Assembly: GCA_041686005.1 (NCBI GenBank)
Contig: JAWLER010000002.1
Span: 59,837-123,836, forward strand
Direction: 5' to 3'
DNA: 64,000 bases
Source: Anaerolineales bacterium
GTDB taxonomy: Bacteria; Chloroflexota; Anaerolineae; Anaerolineales; UBA11858
The notes beneath the pieces are model-generated. The model was not told where the DNA came from. It did not search any database and saw nothing but the letters and a program-made list of their open reading frames with translations. Of the stretch, positions 29,031-39,003 are shown in pieces (within the stretch, counting starts at the first letter, position 1; the number at the start of each line of letters is the position of its first letter). The translations under genes and the position numbers were made by a program.

Positions 29031-30278
29031 ATGACTAATCCATTGGTGGTGGGCGTAGACATCCACCGCAAAAACAATGTTGTCTCGATGATGGATCAGC
29101 AGGGACAACAAGCAGCCAAGGGGTTCCGGGTTGAAAACAACCGACCTGGCTGCGCCGAATTTGTGCAGCAGGTAGCCCAACAAGTCGTGCAGGGTGACTT
29201 CGATGCCATCCAGATTGGCGCTGAAGCAACCGGCTGGTACTGGTGGCATTTCTTCCAAACTCTTCGTCAAGCCCCACAACTTACTCAATGGCCTGTCCAA
29301 CTCTATGCCTTCAATCCGCGCTTGACAGCCAGTTACAAGAAGACCTTCAGTGATCTCGATCACGCCGATCCGATTGATGCCTTTGTAGTTGCCGATCGCT
29401 TACGGATTGGCCGGGAGTTACCCGTACCCTTCGAACTTGATGAGAGCTACTTCGCACTGCGATTGTTGACCCGGCAGCGTTTTCGACTGGTTCACAATCT
29501 TGCTCGTGAGAAGGCCTATTGTCTGACGGTCTTGTACCTCAAGGTCAGTGAGTATTCTCGCAAAGACAAGAAAGCCTTCTCCAATGTCTTTGGCGCTGCC
29601 AGCCGAGCTGTGCTTCAAGAGTTCGCTTCTATCGAGGAGATTGCGGCTATTCCTTTCGATGAATTGGTCGAATTCATCGATGCCAAAGGGAAACGCCGCT
29701 TTCCCGACCCCGTCAACAATACCCGCAAACTCCGTCAGATTGCTCAGGACTCCTACTCGCTGCCCAAAGCTTTGCAGGAACCCGTCAATACCGTTCTGGA
29801 TCTCAGTCTTCGTCACCTTGCCTTCCTTGAACGTCAAGAGAAACGCATCAATACTGCCATCGCTGAGTGCATCCAACCCATCCAGCATACCCTCGACACC
29901 ATCCCTGGCATTGGCCCTGTTTTCTCCTCCGGCATTATCGCTGAGATCGGAGGCATTGAACGCTTTGACTACAACCAGGCCAAAGTTGCCAAGTATGCCG
30001 GTCTCAAGTGGCGCAGGCATCAGTCCGATGAGTTTGAAGCCCAGGATACGCCAATGACACGCTCGAGAAACGTTTATCTGCGCTATCACTTCTGCGAAGC
30101 GGCTTTTGCGGTCTCAAGGTGCGACCGCGAGTATGCCGCTTACTATCAGCGCAAACATGATGAAGTCCCCAAGCATAAACACAAACGCGCCATTGTCCTT
30201 ACGGCTCGCAAACTGGTACGGCTGGTCGTTCGGCTGCTGACGACCAACCAGCCCTATCGGCCCAGGAGAAGAAGCTAA
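29031..30278 (+). CDS. IS110 family transposase/recombinase
   Basis: DEDD RuvC-like residues (VGVDIH, AEATG, DPIDA), TIPGIG, KYAGL..RHQS catalytic-Ser region, ARKLVR; AAGGAGG RBS. Confidence 0.95.
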   Translation: MTNPLVVGVDIHRKNNVVSMMDQQGQQAAKGFRVENNRPGCAEFVQQVAQQVVQGDFDAIQIGAEATGWYWWHFFQTLRQAPQLTQWPVQLYAFNPRLTASYKKTFSDLDHADPIDAFVVADRLRIGRELPVPFELDESYFALRLLTRQRFRLVHNLAREKAYCLTVLYLKVSEYSRKDKKAFSNVFGAASRAVLQEFASIEEIAAIPFDELVEFIDAKGKRRFPDPVNNTRKLRQIAQDSYSLPKALQEPVNTVLDLSLRHLAFLERQEKRINTAIAECIQPIQHTLDTIPGIGPVFSSGIIAEIGGIERFDYNQAKVAKYAGLKWRRHQSDEFEAQDTPMTRSRNVYLRYHFCEAAFAVSRCDREYAAYYQRKHDEVPKHKHKRAIVLTARKLVRLVVRLLTTNQPYRPRRRS

Positions 30279-30670
30279 CTCATCTTTTCCCTTCGCCATC
30301 CAGGACTTTTCGTCCGCTTATATCTTCTTATGTTGTTTTCTGTTGTTAATGTGCTTTTTCAACAGGTCTGTTCAACTTGTCTTCTTTACTGCTTCCTGCT
30401 GCTTATTTTTAGCCTTGACATTTCACCGCATCGCTTTAAATAGGTGTGGTTGATGTCCTTTCGCTTATATATAACAAAAAGACGGGGAGATTGTTACGGA
30501 CCTGGTCGATGGAGACATATCTCCTCCGGGACATCTCCCGGGGCAGCCAGAGGTGTTGATCTTCACCAAAAGGATCTCGGATTAGTGGTTTGGGCTCAGA
30601 AAAGAGGAATATCCCCCTTCTATTTTTGTGAATTTTGGATGATGTGGAGCATACCCCCTGACCTAGATGG

Positions 30671-30708
30671 AAAAAGACCCTCCGGAATCCCGGGGGGTCT
30701 CAGTTTTT
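30671..30708. terminator. Terminator hairpin downstream of msrB, possibly bidirectional
   Basis: AGACCCTCCGG/CCGGGGGGTCT stem flanked by an A-run and a T-run. Confidence 0.6.
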
Positions 30709-30757
30709 GCAATTTGTTAATAGCCTTTTTAAAATCAGGAACCTGGCAGAGGGGCTG

Positions 30758-31210
30758 TCACTCGAAAAGCGTCAGGTATTCCCCGTAACCCTCTTCTTCC
30801 AGGTCTTCTTTGGGGATGAATCGCAGCGACGCGGAGTTGATGCAGTACCGTTTTCCTGTGGGCTGCGGCCCATCATCGAAGACATGTCCGAGATGGGAGT
30901 CGGCACCTTGGCTTCTGACCTCGGTTCGGCGCATGCCCAGGCTCCTGTCTTCTTTCTTGATGATGCTTTCCTCGTTGAGGGGTTTGGTGAAGCTGGGCCA
31001 ACCGGACCCGGATTTAAACTTGTCATGGGAGCTGAACAAGGGTTCGCCGGACACGATATCCACGTAAATCCCCTCTCCCTTATGATCCCAATACTCGTTT
31101 TTAAACGGCCGTTCCGTGGCGTCTTGCTGGGTGACTTTGTACTGCAGAGACGTGAGCCTCTTCTTCAATTCATCCTGAGAGGGTTTGATGTATTTTTTCT
31201 TATCGGACAT
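30758..31210 (-). CDS. msrB: Peptide-methionine (R)-S-oxide reductase
   Basis: [34 protein letters not shown]. Confidence 0.95.
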   Translation of the reverse strand: MSDKKKYIKPSQDELKKRLTSLQYKVTQQDATERPFKNEYWDHKGEGIYVDIVSGEPLFSSHDKFKSGSGWPSFTKPLNEESIIKKEDRSLGMRRTEVRSQGADSHLGHVFDDGPQPTGKRYCINSASLRFIPKEDLEEEGYGEYLTLFE

Positions 31211-31212
31211 AG

Positions 31213-31746
31213 TTATTCTCCCCATACCTTGTCAAGGAATGTATCCCGGCCTGAGTTTGACCGGTACGATTTGTAATGAGCGGAGCTCTTGAGGTAAAAA
31301 TTTTGGTGGTAGTCTTCTGCTTCGTAGAACGTGGAGGCTTCCCGGATTTCGGTCACGACGGGCTTGTCGAATCGCCCTGATCCCTCCAGCGATCGTTTGG
31401 AATCCTCGGCCAACCTTTTTTGCTCCTGGTCGTGATAGAAAATGGCTGTCTTGTACTGGGACCCGCGATCGACAAAGGACCCGCCGGGATCGGTGGGGTC
31501 GATCTGTTTCCAGAAGACGTCCAGCAGTTCCGGGTAGGAAATCTGCCTTGGATCGTATGTGACCTGCACGGCTTCGTAATGATCCGTGGTCCCGGTGCTC
31601 ACTTCCTGGTAGGTGGGGTTTTCGGTATGCCCTCCTGTGTATCCGGAGACGACGGATTTCACCCCCTCCTTCTTAAACGGTTTTTCCATGCACCAGAAAC
31701 AACCGCCGGCAAAAGTCGCTTTTTGATATTCCTCAGATTGATTCAT
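31213..31746 (-). CDS. msrA: Peptide-methionine (S)-S-oxide reductase
   Basis: [25 protein letters not shown]. Confidence 0.95.
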   Translation of the reverse strand: MNQSEEYQKATFAGGCFWCMEKPFKKEGVKSVVSGYTGGHTENPTYQEVSTGTTDHYEAVQVTYDPRQISYPELLDVFWKQIDPTDPGGSFVDRGSQYKTAIFYHDQEQKRLAEDSKRSLEGSGRFDKPVVTEIREASTFYEAEDYHQNFYLKSSAHYKSYRSNSGRDTFLDKVWGE

Positions 31747-32098
31747 CTTTTTCCTCTTTGATTTGCGCTTATAGACTGCGTATGTACGATACCATATAGA
31801 AATGTGAACCGCATTAACGATGTATAAAAAACATCTCATTGGGATGGGGCGGTGGGGTGGGGGACCGTTTCTGCCTCTATCAAAGGGTCTAATGCCAAGG
31901 CACGGGGTCCAATTGACCTGGGACCCCGCGGATGTTACACTTTGGTTTTAGTATCTGATTCTGTTCTTGTGAGGGCAGTTTTGGAGATCAAATGTTAGGG
32001 TGATCTTTTCCAGGGTGATGGGACGACGTTTGATCCCTGGTTAAGGGGGGCGCGGATAAGAAAGGGATTCTCTGTTGGGTCCAAGAAGGAGAAGTTGC

Positions 32099-33127
32099 AT
32101 GGCAGGAGAAGCGAGAGGGTTGCCTGAGGGATATCATATCCGGCCGGCGGAAGAACATGATTTGAAAAAGGTGCTCACCTTATCCAATAAGATCTCCCTC
32201 CGTTATCAGGGGGTGCGGGACATCACCTATGATCGCCTGAAAAATGAATGGGAGACACCCGGTTTTAACCTCCGAGAAAGCATTCGGCTGGTGTTTTCCC
32301 CCCATGGGGAGTTGGTGGGAGAAGTGGAAGTCTGGGACCTCTCCCAGCCCCCTGTCCACCCCTGGGTGTGGATGGGAGTGGACCCGGATTGTTCAGAAGC
32401 CCACCGGGTCAGAGGGTATTTACTTAACTGGGGTGAGGATCGTTGCCGGGAAGCGCTGCAAAGGGTGGAACCGGGCATCCGGGTTTCCATGCGGATCTCG
32501 ATCTACCACGAAAACCAGGAGGCCGCAGATCTTTTAAAAGCGCAGGGATTCCATTTCATCCGCCACTTTTTCCAGATGCGGGTTGAGATGGACGATCCCC
32601 CTCCAGCCCCGGAATGGCCGGAAGGGATCACGCTCCGCCCTTATGACCCAGAACGTGATTCGGAAACAGTCTACCGCGTGGATGACGAGGTCTTCCAGGA
32701 TCATTTCGGATATGTGGAGGAACCGTTTGAAGAGGGATATAAGCGCTTCATGCACCATATGACGGATCCCGAAACCTATGACCCCGATTTGTGGTTTTTG
32801 GCAGTGGAAGATGATGAGATCGTCGGCATCTGCATCTGCCGCAAATGGTCCCAGGAAGACCGCGACGCGGGGTATATCTCCAGCTTGGGCGTGCGCCGCC
32901 CCTGGCGGCGCCAAGGCATTGCCCTCGCCCTCCTGCGGCATGCCTTCGGCGAGTTTTATCGGCGCGGAAAGACCAAAGTGGATTTGGGGGTGGATGCTGA
33001 AAACTTGACCGGGGCCATGCGCCTTTACCGCCAAGCGGGGATGTATGTCCATCACCAGTACGATTTGTATGAAAAGGAACTGCGCCCCGGGAAAGAGATC
33101 AGCGTTACCGGTTTGGGATCTTCGTAA
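32099..33127 (+). CDS. Tandem GNAT acetyltransferase
   Basis: LGVRRPWRRQGIALALL, LGVDAENLTGAMRLY. Confidence 0.85.
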   Translation: MAGEARGLPEGYHIRPAEEHDLKKVLTLSNKISLRYQGVRDITYDRLKNEWETPGFNLRESIRLVFSPHGELVGEVEVWDLSQPPVHPWVWMGVDPDCSEAHRVRGYLLNWGEDRCREALQRVEPGIRVSMRISIYHENQEAADLLKAQGFHFIRHFFQMRVEMDDPPPAPEWPEGITLRPYDPERDSETVYRVDDEVFQDHFGYVEEPFEEGYKRFMHHMTDPETYDPDLWFLAVEDDEIVGICICRKWSQEDRDAGYISSLGVRRPWRRQGIALALLRHAFGEFYRRGKTKVDLGVDAENLTGAMRLYRQAGMYVHHQYDLYEKELRPGKEISVTGLGSS

Positions 33128-33183
33128 AGGACATACGATACAATAAAGCGGACAAGGGAACATCAGTAAAGGGAGAGGTGGGT

Positions 33184-33798
33184 ATGATTAGAGCAGTTTT
33201 GTTTGACTTGGGGGGCGTGCTGGTGAGGACGGAAGATCCCCAGCACCGGGAAGCGTTGGCGGAAAGATATGGCATGACCTACCGTGAGATCAGCGAGTTG
33301 GTCTATCAGCGGGAAAGCGCCGTCTTGGCCACGCTGGGCAAGATCACCGCGGAGGAACACTGGCAGAACATCCAGGAGGAACTGGGTCTGTCCGATGCAG
33401 CATTGGAAGCTTTCAAAGACGAATTCTGGGGGGGTGACGTCTTGGATGACGTCTTGGTCGATTTTATCCGAGGGCTGGGGCTCCATTACACCACCGCCCT
33501 GTTGAGCAATGCCTGGGACGACCTGCGGGAGGTGCTCACGGAGGTGTGGGGCATAGCGGATGCCTTTGACCGCATTTTTATCTCTGCTGAGTTAGGCCTG
33601 GCGAAGCCGGGGGATGAGATATACCAGCATGTCATCCAGGAGCTGGGTACCCATCCGGGCGAAATGGTCTTCATCGATGACTTCCCGGAGAACGTGCAGG
33701 GGGCCCGGGAAAACGGGATCAACGCCATCCACTTCAGGAGCAGGGAGCAGGCGTTGGGAGAACTTCGTGAATTACTGGATAACCCTTTGTATCTATAA
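33184..33798 (+). CDS. HAD-family phosphatase
   Basis: FDLGGVL, LLSNAW, KP, FIDDFPENV. Confidence 0.88.
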   Translation: MIRAVLFDLGGVLVRTEDPQHREALAERYGMTYREISELVYQRESAVLATLGKITAEEHWQNIQEELGLSDAALEAFKDEFWGGDVLDDVLVDFIRGLGLHYTTALLSNAWDDLREVLTEVWGIADAFDRIFISAELGLAKPGDEIYQHVIQELGTHPGEMVFIDDFPENVQGARENGINAIHFRSREQALGELRELLDNPLYL

Positions 33799-33889
33799 TA
33801 GTTATTTTGGGGAAGGTTCCGGGCGCCTCGGCCTGTCGCGGGGGATAAGTGGTCGGGGATGATCATCCGTTGACTTAGTGGGTGGGCTG

Positions 33890-34366
33890 ATGAAAACAAT
33901 TAATCAAAATTCATTTCTGATTCTTCTGGGGATGATTTTTTTGGTCGGATCATTTTTCGTCCTCTGGGGGGGATTTACCCTGCCCCGTGTGCTGGGCGTG
34001 TTTGCACTTGCCGCTGTTTTGGGGTTGGTGTGGTACGCCGTGCGACCTCAACAAAGCCCGCAGGATGAATTGGAGCGGTTTGAGGACCAGATCGGCGGGG
34101 AAATGCCGGTCTTGCTTGAGTTCCAATCGCCCTATTGAGCGGCGTGCACAGCCATTAAACCCATCGTGGATGGGGTAGAACGCGAATTCGAGGGGGAGGT
34201 CAAGGTGATCCGGGTTAATATCCAAGATCCCAAAGGACGGGCCCTGGCGGAACAGTATGGCTTCCGATACACGCCCACATTCATTTTTTTCGATCAAAGC
34301 GGGAACGAAGTCTGGCGGACGGTAGGGACTTTGGATGTAAAGAAGATCCGTGAAAGTCTCCCTTGA
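33890..34366 (+). CDS. Membrane-anchored thioredoxin-like selenoprotein, UGA=Sec at 34136-34138 (UxxC)
   Basis: ORFs 33878..34138 and 34166..34366 share a frame: ...VLLEFQSPY-UGA-AACTAIKPIVDG...RYTPTFIFFD; two N-terminal TM helices; hairpin CCCATC-GTG-GATGGG downstream. Confidence 0.85.
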
Positions 34367-34640
34367 TGTTCAACGAGGATTTTTCTATCTCTGATATCTT
34401 CTCTTTGACACTCCTTGGAATACCGGGGTTTCCTCCCCGGAGTTGATGGCGTTTATCGTAGAACATGACCCGGGTCGTGCCCCTGCCATGGGCTGCGGGA
34501 CGGGTACGAACGCCGTCACCCTGGCTGAGGGGGATGGCAGGTAACCGGTGTGGACTGCGTTCCCAGGCCTTCGGGCAGCTCAACGAAAAGCCTAAAAAGC
34601 CGGGGTGGCAAACCTGACTGGGTTCGGGGTGGATGACGTG
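34350..34640 (+). pseudogene. Degraded class I SAM-dependent methyltransferase (TPMT-like)
   Basis: FFYL*YLLFDTPWNTGVSSPEL..PGRAPAMGCGTGTNAVTLA, frameshift near 34531, then WQVTGVD; premature stop at 34392; end approximate. Confidence 0.65.
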
Positions 34641-34715
34641 GAGGGTGCAACACGACCCGCTTTGTGGTTGATATTTCAAAAAATGGGGGGAAAACAGACG
34701 GGTGATGGGGAACGA

Positions 34716-35696
34716 TCAGGGGGAGGTCGATTTCGAGGATAGGATGTGGGCGATCATGTCTTTAAAATCCTCCGGATCACTGAGGGTCAGCAAGGTTTTC
34801 CTCGCCGCGCGGGAGAGGTGGTAGGGGGCGAGATAGTGGGTGGCAAACTTCCGGAATAAGATCAACCCCCTTTCTTCCCCGTAAAAGGACAGGGAGGAAT
34901 CCAGGTGAGTGAGCATGGTTTCCATCACCTCCTGGGGGGAGACCTGGTCGCGATCCCGCCGTGAAAAAATCCAGGGATTTCCCCTCGCGGCCCGGCCGAT
35001 CATCACCCCATCACACCCGGTGTGGTTTTTCATCCTCTCGATATCCGCTACCGTTTTCACACCCCCGTTTCCCAAGACGGGGATCGAAAGGGCGTTCTTG
35101 ACTTCGGCGATGGCATCCAGATCAGCCAACCCGCTGTGTCTGTCCTCCTTTGACCTGCCATGTACAGCGACCAGGGCCCCGCCGTTTTCTTCGATGATGC
35201 GGGCGATGAGCAGATAATTCCGACAATCCTTCCACCCCAGGCGGATTTTCGCTGTGACGGGGACCTGCAGGTGCGTTGCAAGGGTTTTAAAGATACGTGC
35301 TACGACAAGGGGACGGCGCATCAACCCCACCCCGGCTCCCCGTTGGGCGATGGCGCTGATCGGGCAGCCCATGTTGATGTCGATGGCATCTGGGTCCTTG
35401 TCCTGGAGTATAAATGCGGCATCCAATAAATGGGCGGGGTCGTGCCCGTAAAGCTGGTAGACCACGGGGCGTTCACCCTCGCTGTAGACCAACTTCTTTT
35501 GGATATAGGAGTGCCGGGTGAGGATGTCCTTATCCCTCACAAATTCCGTGTAACTTATCGCGGAGCCAAATTGACGGCAGAGCGCGCGAAAAGGGGCGTC
35601 TGAGTAGCCGTCCATGGGGGAAAGGATCAGGTCGCCCTTGATGGGGATGGACCCCACGGTGAAATGCACTTCTTCTCCGGGCATGAGTCCGGGCAT
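34716..35696 (-). CDS. dusB: tRNA-dihydrouridine synthase (DusB-like)
   Basis: LSPMDGYSD, DINMGCP, TAKIRLGW, VHGR, GNGGV, VMIGRAARGNPWIF. Confidence 0.88.
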   Translation of the reverse strand: MPGLMPGEEVHFTVGSIPIKGDLILSPMDGYSDAPFRALCRQFGSAISYTEFVRDKDILTRHSYIQKKLVYSEGERPVVYQLYGHDPAHLLDAAFILQDKDPDAIDINMGCPISAIAQRGAGVGLMRRPLVVARIFKTLATHLQVPVTAKIRLGWKDCRNYLLIARIIEENGGALVAVHGRSKEDRHSGLADLDAIAEVKNALSIPVLGNGGVKTVADIERMKNHTGCDGVMIGRAARGNPWIFSRRDRDQVSPQEVMETMLTHLDSSLSFYGEERGLILFRKFATHYLAPYHLSRAARKTLLTLSDPEDFKDMIAHILSSKSTSP

Positions 35697-35699
35697 AAG

Positions 35700-37097
35700 C
35701 TAGGTGACCAAGGCGTGTTTCAGCGCCTGGTTGAGCGAACGGGCTTCTGTGATCTGGATGCCCTCCGGCCACGCCATGTCCCCCTTGCGAAGCCGGTGAG
35801 GGATGACAGCGGATTTGAAACCCAATTTGGCCGCTTCCTGGAGGCGGTCGCTGACCCGGCTTGACATGCGCAGTTCGCCGGAAAGGCCGATTTCCCCCAC
35901 CAGGATGGTGTCCGCTTTCACCGGGACGTCCCGGACCGAAGAGGCGATAGCGGTGGCTACCGCCAGGTCAGCGGCCGGTTCGCTGATCTTCAAACCGCCC
36001 ACCACATTGACAAAGACATCCTGTTCTTTGAGCTGGATACCCGTTCTGCGGCTGAGGACGGCGGCGATCAAAAGCAGGCGGTTGAATTCAATCCCGTTCG
36101 CCGTCCGGCGTGGGTTACCAAAGGAGGTGGGATTGGTCAGGCCCTGAATCTCCACCAAAATGGGCCGGGTACCTTCCATGGTCACCGCGATGGCGGATCC
36201 CGGGGCGTTGATCATCCGTTCCGCTAGAAAAGCCTGGGAAGGGTTGGTGACTTCGATCATGCCCCGTTCCTGCATTTCAAAGACACCCACTTCGGACGTC
36301 GCGCCGAAGCGATTCTTTACAGACCGCAGCAGGCGGTACGCCTGGTATCGGTCCCCTTCCAGATAGAGGACCGTGTCCACGATATGTTCTAGGACGCGGG
36401 GACCGGCGATGGTCCCCTCTTTGGTGACATGACCGATCAAAAACACACTTGTCCCTGTGGATTTGGCGTATTCCCTGAGTTGGGAAGCGCTCTCGCGGAC
36501 CTGAGAGATGGATCCAGCAGAAGATTCCAATTGGGCTGTGTAGCTGGTCTGGATGGAGTCGACGATTAACAGCAAGGGTTCGATGTCGTCCGCATGGTCG
36601 AAGATAGCGTCCAGGTTGGTCTCGGTGACCAGGTAGAGGTTTTGGGGGAGGGGGAGAGGTTCGCCGCTCGCTGAGCGGTGCAGGCGGTCCGCCCGCATTT
36701 TGATCTGCTGCTCCGATTCTTCCCCGGAAACGTAGAGCACTTTCCCTTTTCCAGCGAGTTCCATGGCGATTTGCAGGAGCAGGGTTGATTTTCCGATCCC
36801 TGGGTCTCCACCGATGAGATTGATGGATCCGGGCACCAGGCCTCCCCCTAACACCCGGGTGAACTCATGGATTTGGAAAAGGATCCGGTCCTCCGCGTCG
36901 CTGTGAACCTCCGTGATGGGTTTCGGGGTGGAAGCCTTTGTTCTGCCCCGCTTGGTGGGAGATGTTCCCTTTGCATCGCGGTCGACGATTTCCTCTACCA
37001 TCGTATCCCACGCACCGCAGCCAGGGCAGCGGCCCATGTAACGTGGGGACGTCCTGCCGCATTCTTGACAAACGTATCGGGTGTAACTTTTCACCAT
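35700..37097 (-). CDS. radA: DNA repair protein RadA/Sms
   Basis: CQECG..CPGC zinc finger, GDPGIGKST, KNRFG; leaderless start 6 nt after TATAAT. Confidence 0.95.
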   Translation of the reverse strand: MVKSYTRYVCQECGRTSPRYMGRCPGCGAWDTMVEEIVDRDAKGTSPTKRGRTKASTPKPITEVHSDAEDRILFQIHEFTRVLGGGLVPGSINLIGGDPGIGKSTLLLQIAMELAGKGKVLYVSGEESEQQIKMRADRLHRSASGEPLPLPQNLYLVTETNLDAIFDHADDIEPLLLIVDSIQTSYTAQLESSAGSISQVRESASQLREYAKSTGTSVFLIGHVTKEGTIAGPRVLEHIVDTVLYLEGDRYQAYRLLRSVKNRFGATSEVGVFEMQERGMIEVTNPSQAFLAERMINAPGSAIAVTMEGTRPILVEIQGLTNPTSFGNPRRTANGIEFNRLLLIAAVLSRRTGIQLKEQDVFVNVVGGLKISEPAADLAVATAIASSVRDVPVKADTILVGEIGLSGELRMSSRVSDRLQEAAKLGFKSAVIPHRLRKGDMAWPEGIQITEARSLNQALKHALVT

Positions 37098-37241
37098 AGG
37101 TGTATTATAAGCCGTTCTTCCCCTCCCTGCAGGGAGGGAGATTACACTTTCTCCTTCAACCAAGGCGGGGAGAGGTTGCCCGGCTTAGAGAGGAGAAGTA
37201 CATGGGATCCTTTTTCCCCTCGACATTTCTTTCCCGGGCAC

Positions 37242-37290
37242 TTGCCAAAGCGCCACGGATCCGCTATAATGGGGGTAGAACAAATGTTCT
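37242..37290 (+). promoter_or_regulatory. Sigma70 promoter with LexA (SOS) box
   Basis: TTGCCA-17-TATAAT (37242-37270) followed by AGAAC-AAAT-GTTCT (37277-37290). Confidence 0.78.
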
Positions 37291-37348
37291 AAATGATGAA
37301 GACACCTGGGTTTTCGCCGCAGGCAGGAAACCTAGGTGGGAGGCAGCC

Positions 37349-37603
37349 ATGGATATCGGAATGCTCTGGTTTGATAAAGACCCATCGACAAGCTTTCCCA
37401 ACAAAGTGAAACGGGGGTGTGCGTATTATCAGGAAAAGTACGGCAAAGCGCCCAACATTTGCTTTGTTCATCCCGTGACAGTCCAAGACGGTGGGGGACG
37501 CAATGGCGAAACGGAGTTCAAGGTTGAGGATGTCCTCGTCCAGGTCAATGAAAGGGTCCTGCCCCATCATTTTTGGATCGGGGTCAGCAACGGGAAAAAC
37601 TAG
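37349..37603 (+). CDS. Hypothetical 84-aa protein, predicted LexA-regulated
   Basis: GGGAGG RBS; MDIGMLWFDKD...YYQEKYGKAPNICFVHP...HHFWIGV. Confidence 0.75.
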   Translation: MDIGMLWFDKDPSTSFPNKVKRGCAYYQEKYGKAPNICFVHPVTVQDGGGRNGETEFKVEDVLVQVNERVLPHHFWIGVSNGKN

Positions 37604-37607
37604 GTTT

Positions 37608-38456
37608 TTAGTTGGGGTACGTGATATAGATCTGGTAACTCCCCGGGTAGGGATCTCCAGAATCTGGCTGGCATTCTGTAATGACCACATCTGAGATCAC
37701 CAAACCGCTCTCTGGGATTTCGATGGTATACGTTACCCCCATTTCCGCTTCGAAATCCGCATACCCTTTCCCGATTTCCGGTTTTAAGCCGGTCAGGAAC
37801 CGTTCTTGGCGGTCGGGAGCCCAGGAAATGAGGATTTCCACCCCGGGCACCCCCTCTCCGTCCGCGTTGGTGGCAAACACTTGAATGAGGGGGACGGTTA
37901 TGTTCGGGTCGCAAAGTTTTGTCCGCTCCTCGACGATGAAGGGGGGCGCATCGGTCGGGGTAAAGGTGGGCGGTGGGAGCGGGGTTCGGGTCGCGTACGT
38001 ATCCGTTCCCTCTGGGGTGCCCCCATTGTTTCCATTCTCGGTGGAAGTGGGAGGTGTCCCCTGCTCTGCCGCCTCCTCCGGAGGTGGGGTTGGGGAGGGA
38101 GATGTCTCTTCCGGCGCGGGGGTGCGCTGCAGCGCTGCGGAAAGGTTGACGAGAATCCGGGCTGTTTCCTGATCCCCTTGTTCCGCTAGACTTCGCTGAG
38201 CCTGGGCGGCGAGGGCTTGGGCTGCGTTTTCATCCCCCAAAAGATCCAGGCGCGCTTTGGCGCGGGGCAGGTTCTGGTTGGCCTGGTAGGCACGGGCGAT
38301 TAAGGACCGGTAAACGTCTTTGTAATCCTCCCGTAAGTTCTTGGGATGGGTGTCCTCCAAACGCACCGGGGCGATCACCCATGAGATAAGGAGGCCTAAA
38401 CTCACCCCGAGGACGAGCGCTGTAATCAGGTACCAGTGACCGCGGTCAGAATTCAT
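37608..38456 (-). CDS. Hypothetical membrane-anchored protein with P/T linker
   Basis: N-terminal TM, DTHPKNLREDYKDVY..., C-terminal beta domain. Confidence 0.65.
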   Translation of the reverse strand: MNSDRGHWYLITALVLGVSLGLLISWVIAPVRLEDTHPKNLREDYKDVYRSLIARAYQANQNLPRAKARLDLLGDENAAQALAAQAQRSLAEQGDQETARILVNLSAALQRTPAPEETSPSPTPPPEEAAEQGTPPTSTENGNNGGTPEGTDTYATRTPLPPPTFTPTDAPPFIVEERTKLCDPNITVPLIQVFATNADGEGVPGVEILISWAPDRQERFLTGLKPEIGKGYADFEAEMGVTYTIEIPESGLVISDVVITECQPDSGDPYPGSYQIYITYPN

Positions 38457-38460
38457 CCCT

Positions 38461-38796
38461 TTACATGCTCTCCTCTAAAGCGTTTTTCAAGTCCCGGAGA
38501 AGGTACATATCGGGAAGCGTGTATCCTGCTTGGGAGGCGAAGGACAGGGCCTCTGTGAGACATTCGGTGGGAGAAGCGTAGCCCAGAAGCGCCAAGCGAT
38601 TCATGGCCCAGGTGATGTCCTGGTTTTCTTTATATACCTCGGCGACCATCAAGGCGTAATCTGTTTTGAAATCCATGCGCAAAGTCTGGAGGGAGGTGTC
38701 CTCGTATTGGACGGGATTTATGACCCAACCATAATACAGCCCAATGCCCAGACTGATCATCAAGACGATAAAGAACAGGGTCCAGCGAGTCATCAT
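38461..38796 (-). CDS. Hypothetical membrane-anchored protein, paralogous to the N-terminus of the next gene
   Basis: GWVINPVQYEDTSLQTLRMDFKTDY..RLALLG resembles WVIAPVRLEDTHPKNLREDYKDVY..RLDLLG. Confidence 0.65.
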   Translation of the reverse strand: MMTRWTLFFIVLMISLGIGLYYGWVINPVQYEDTSLQTLRMDFKTDYALMVAEVYKENQDITWAMNRLALLGYASPTECLTEALSFASQAGYTLPDMYLLRDLKNALEESM

Positions 38797-39003
38797 TGCC
38801 CTCGATTTGAAGTGGGTACTCACGTATTGTGCCATAGAGATGTCCTAAGGACAACCCCAGGGAGGAAAGCTGGGGTGGATCAGACTGGAAGGGGTTCTTT
38901 TCTGGAGGGGAGAGGGCAGGTTAAGGGGGCCTTAGAGGGGGATCACACCGCTTGACGGCGATTATTGAGGATGTTATCCTTTGCTCTGGAGGTAGCCAAA
39001 ACT

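Larger units (their letters stand above)
28689..30435 (+). mobile_element. IS110-family insertion sequence (bridge recombinase element), CT core at both ends
   Basis: CT at 28689-28690 and 30434-30435; joining the right and left ends gives TTGACA-17-TATGAT; removing the element restores TAAAGGAGG on the minus strand; no terminal inverted repeats. Confidence 0.88.

Noticed and set aside
31213..31746. Sec-containing MsrA
   Set aside because: The catalytic GCFWC is encoded by ordinary Cys codons.
34392..34394. In-frame TGA in the methyltransferase-like frame as a third Sec codon
   Set aside because: Not in a redox motif, and the gene also has a frameshift and a degraded SAM motif, so it is a pseudogene.
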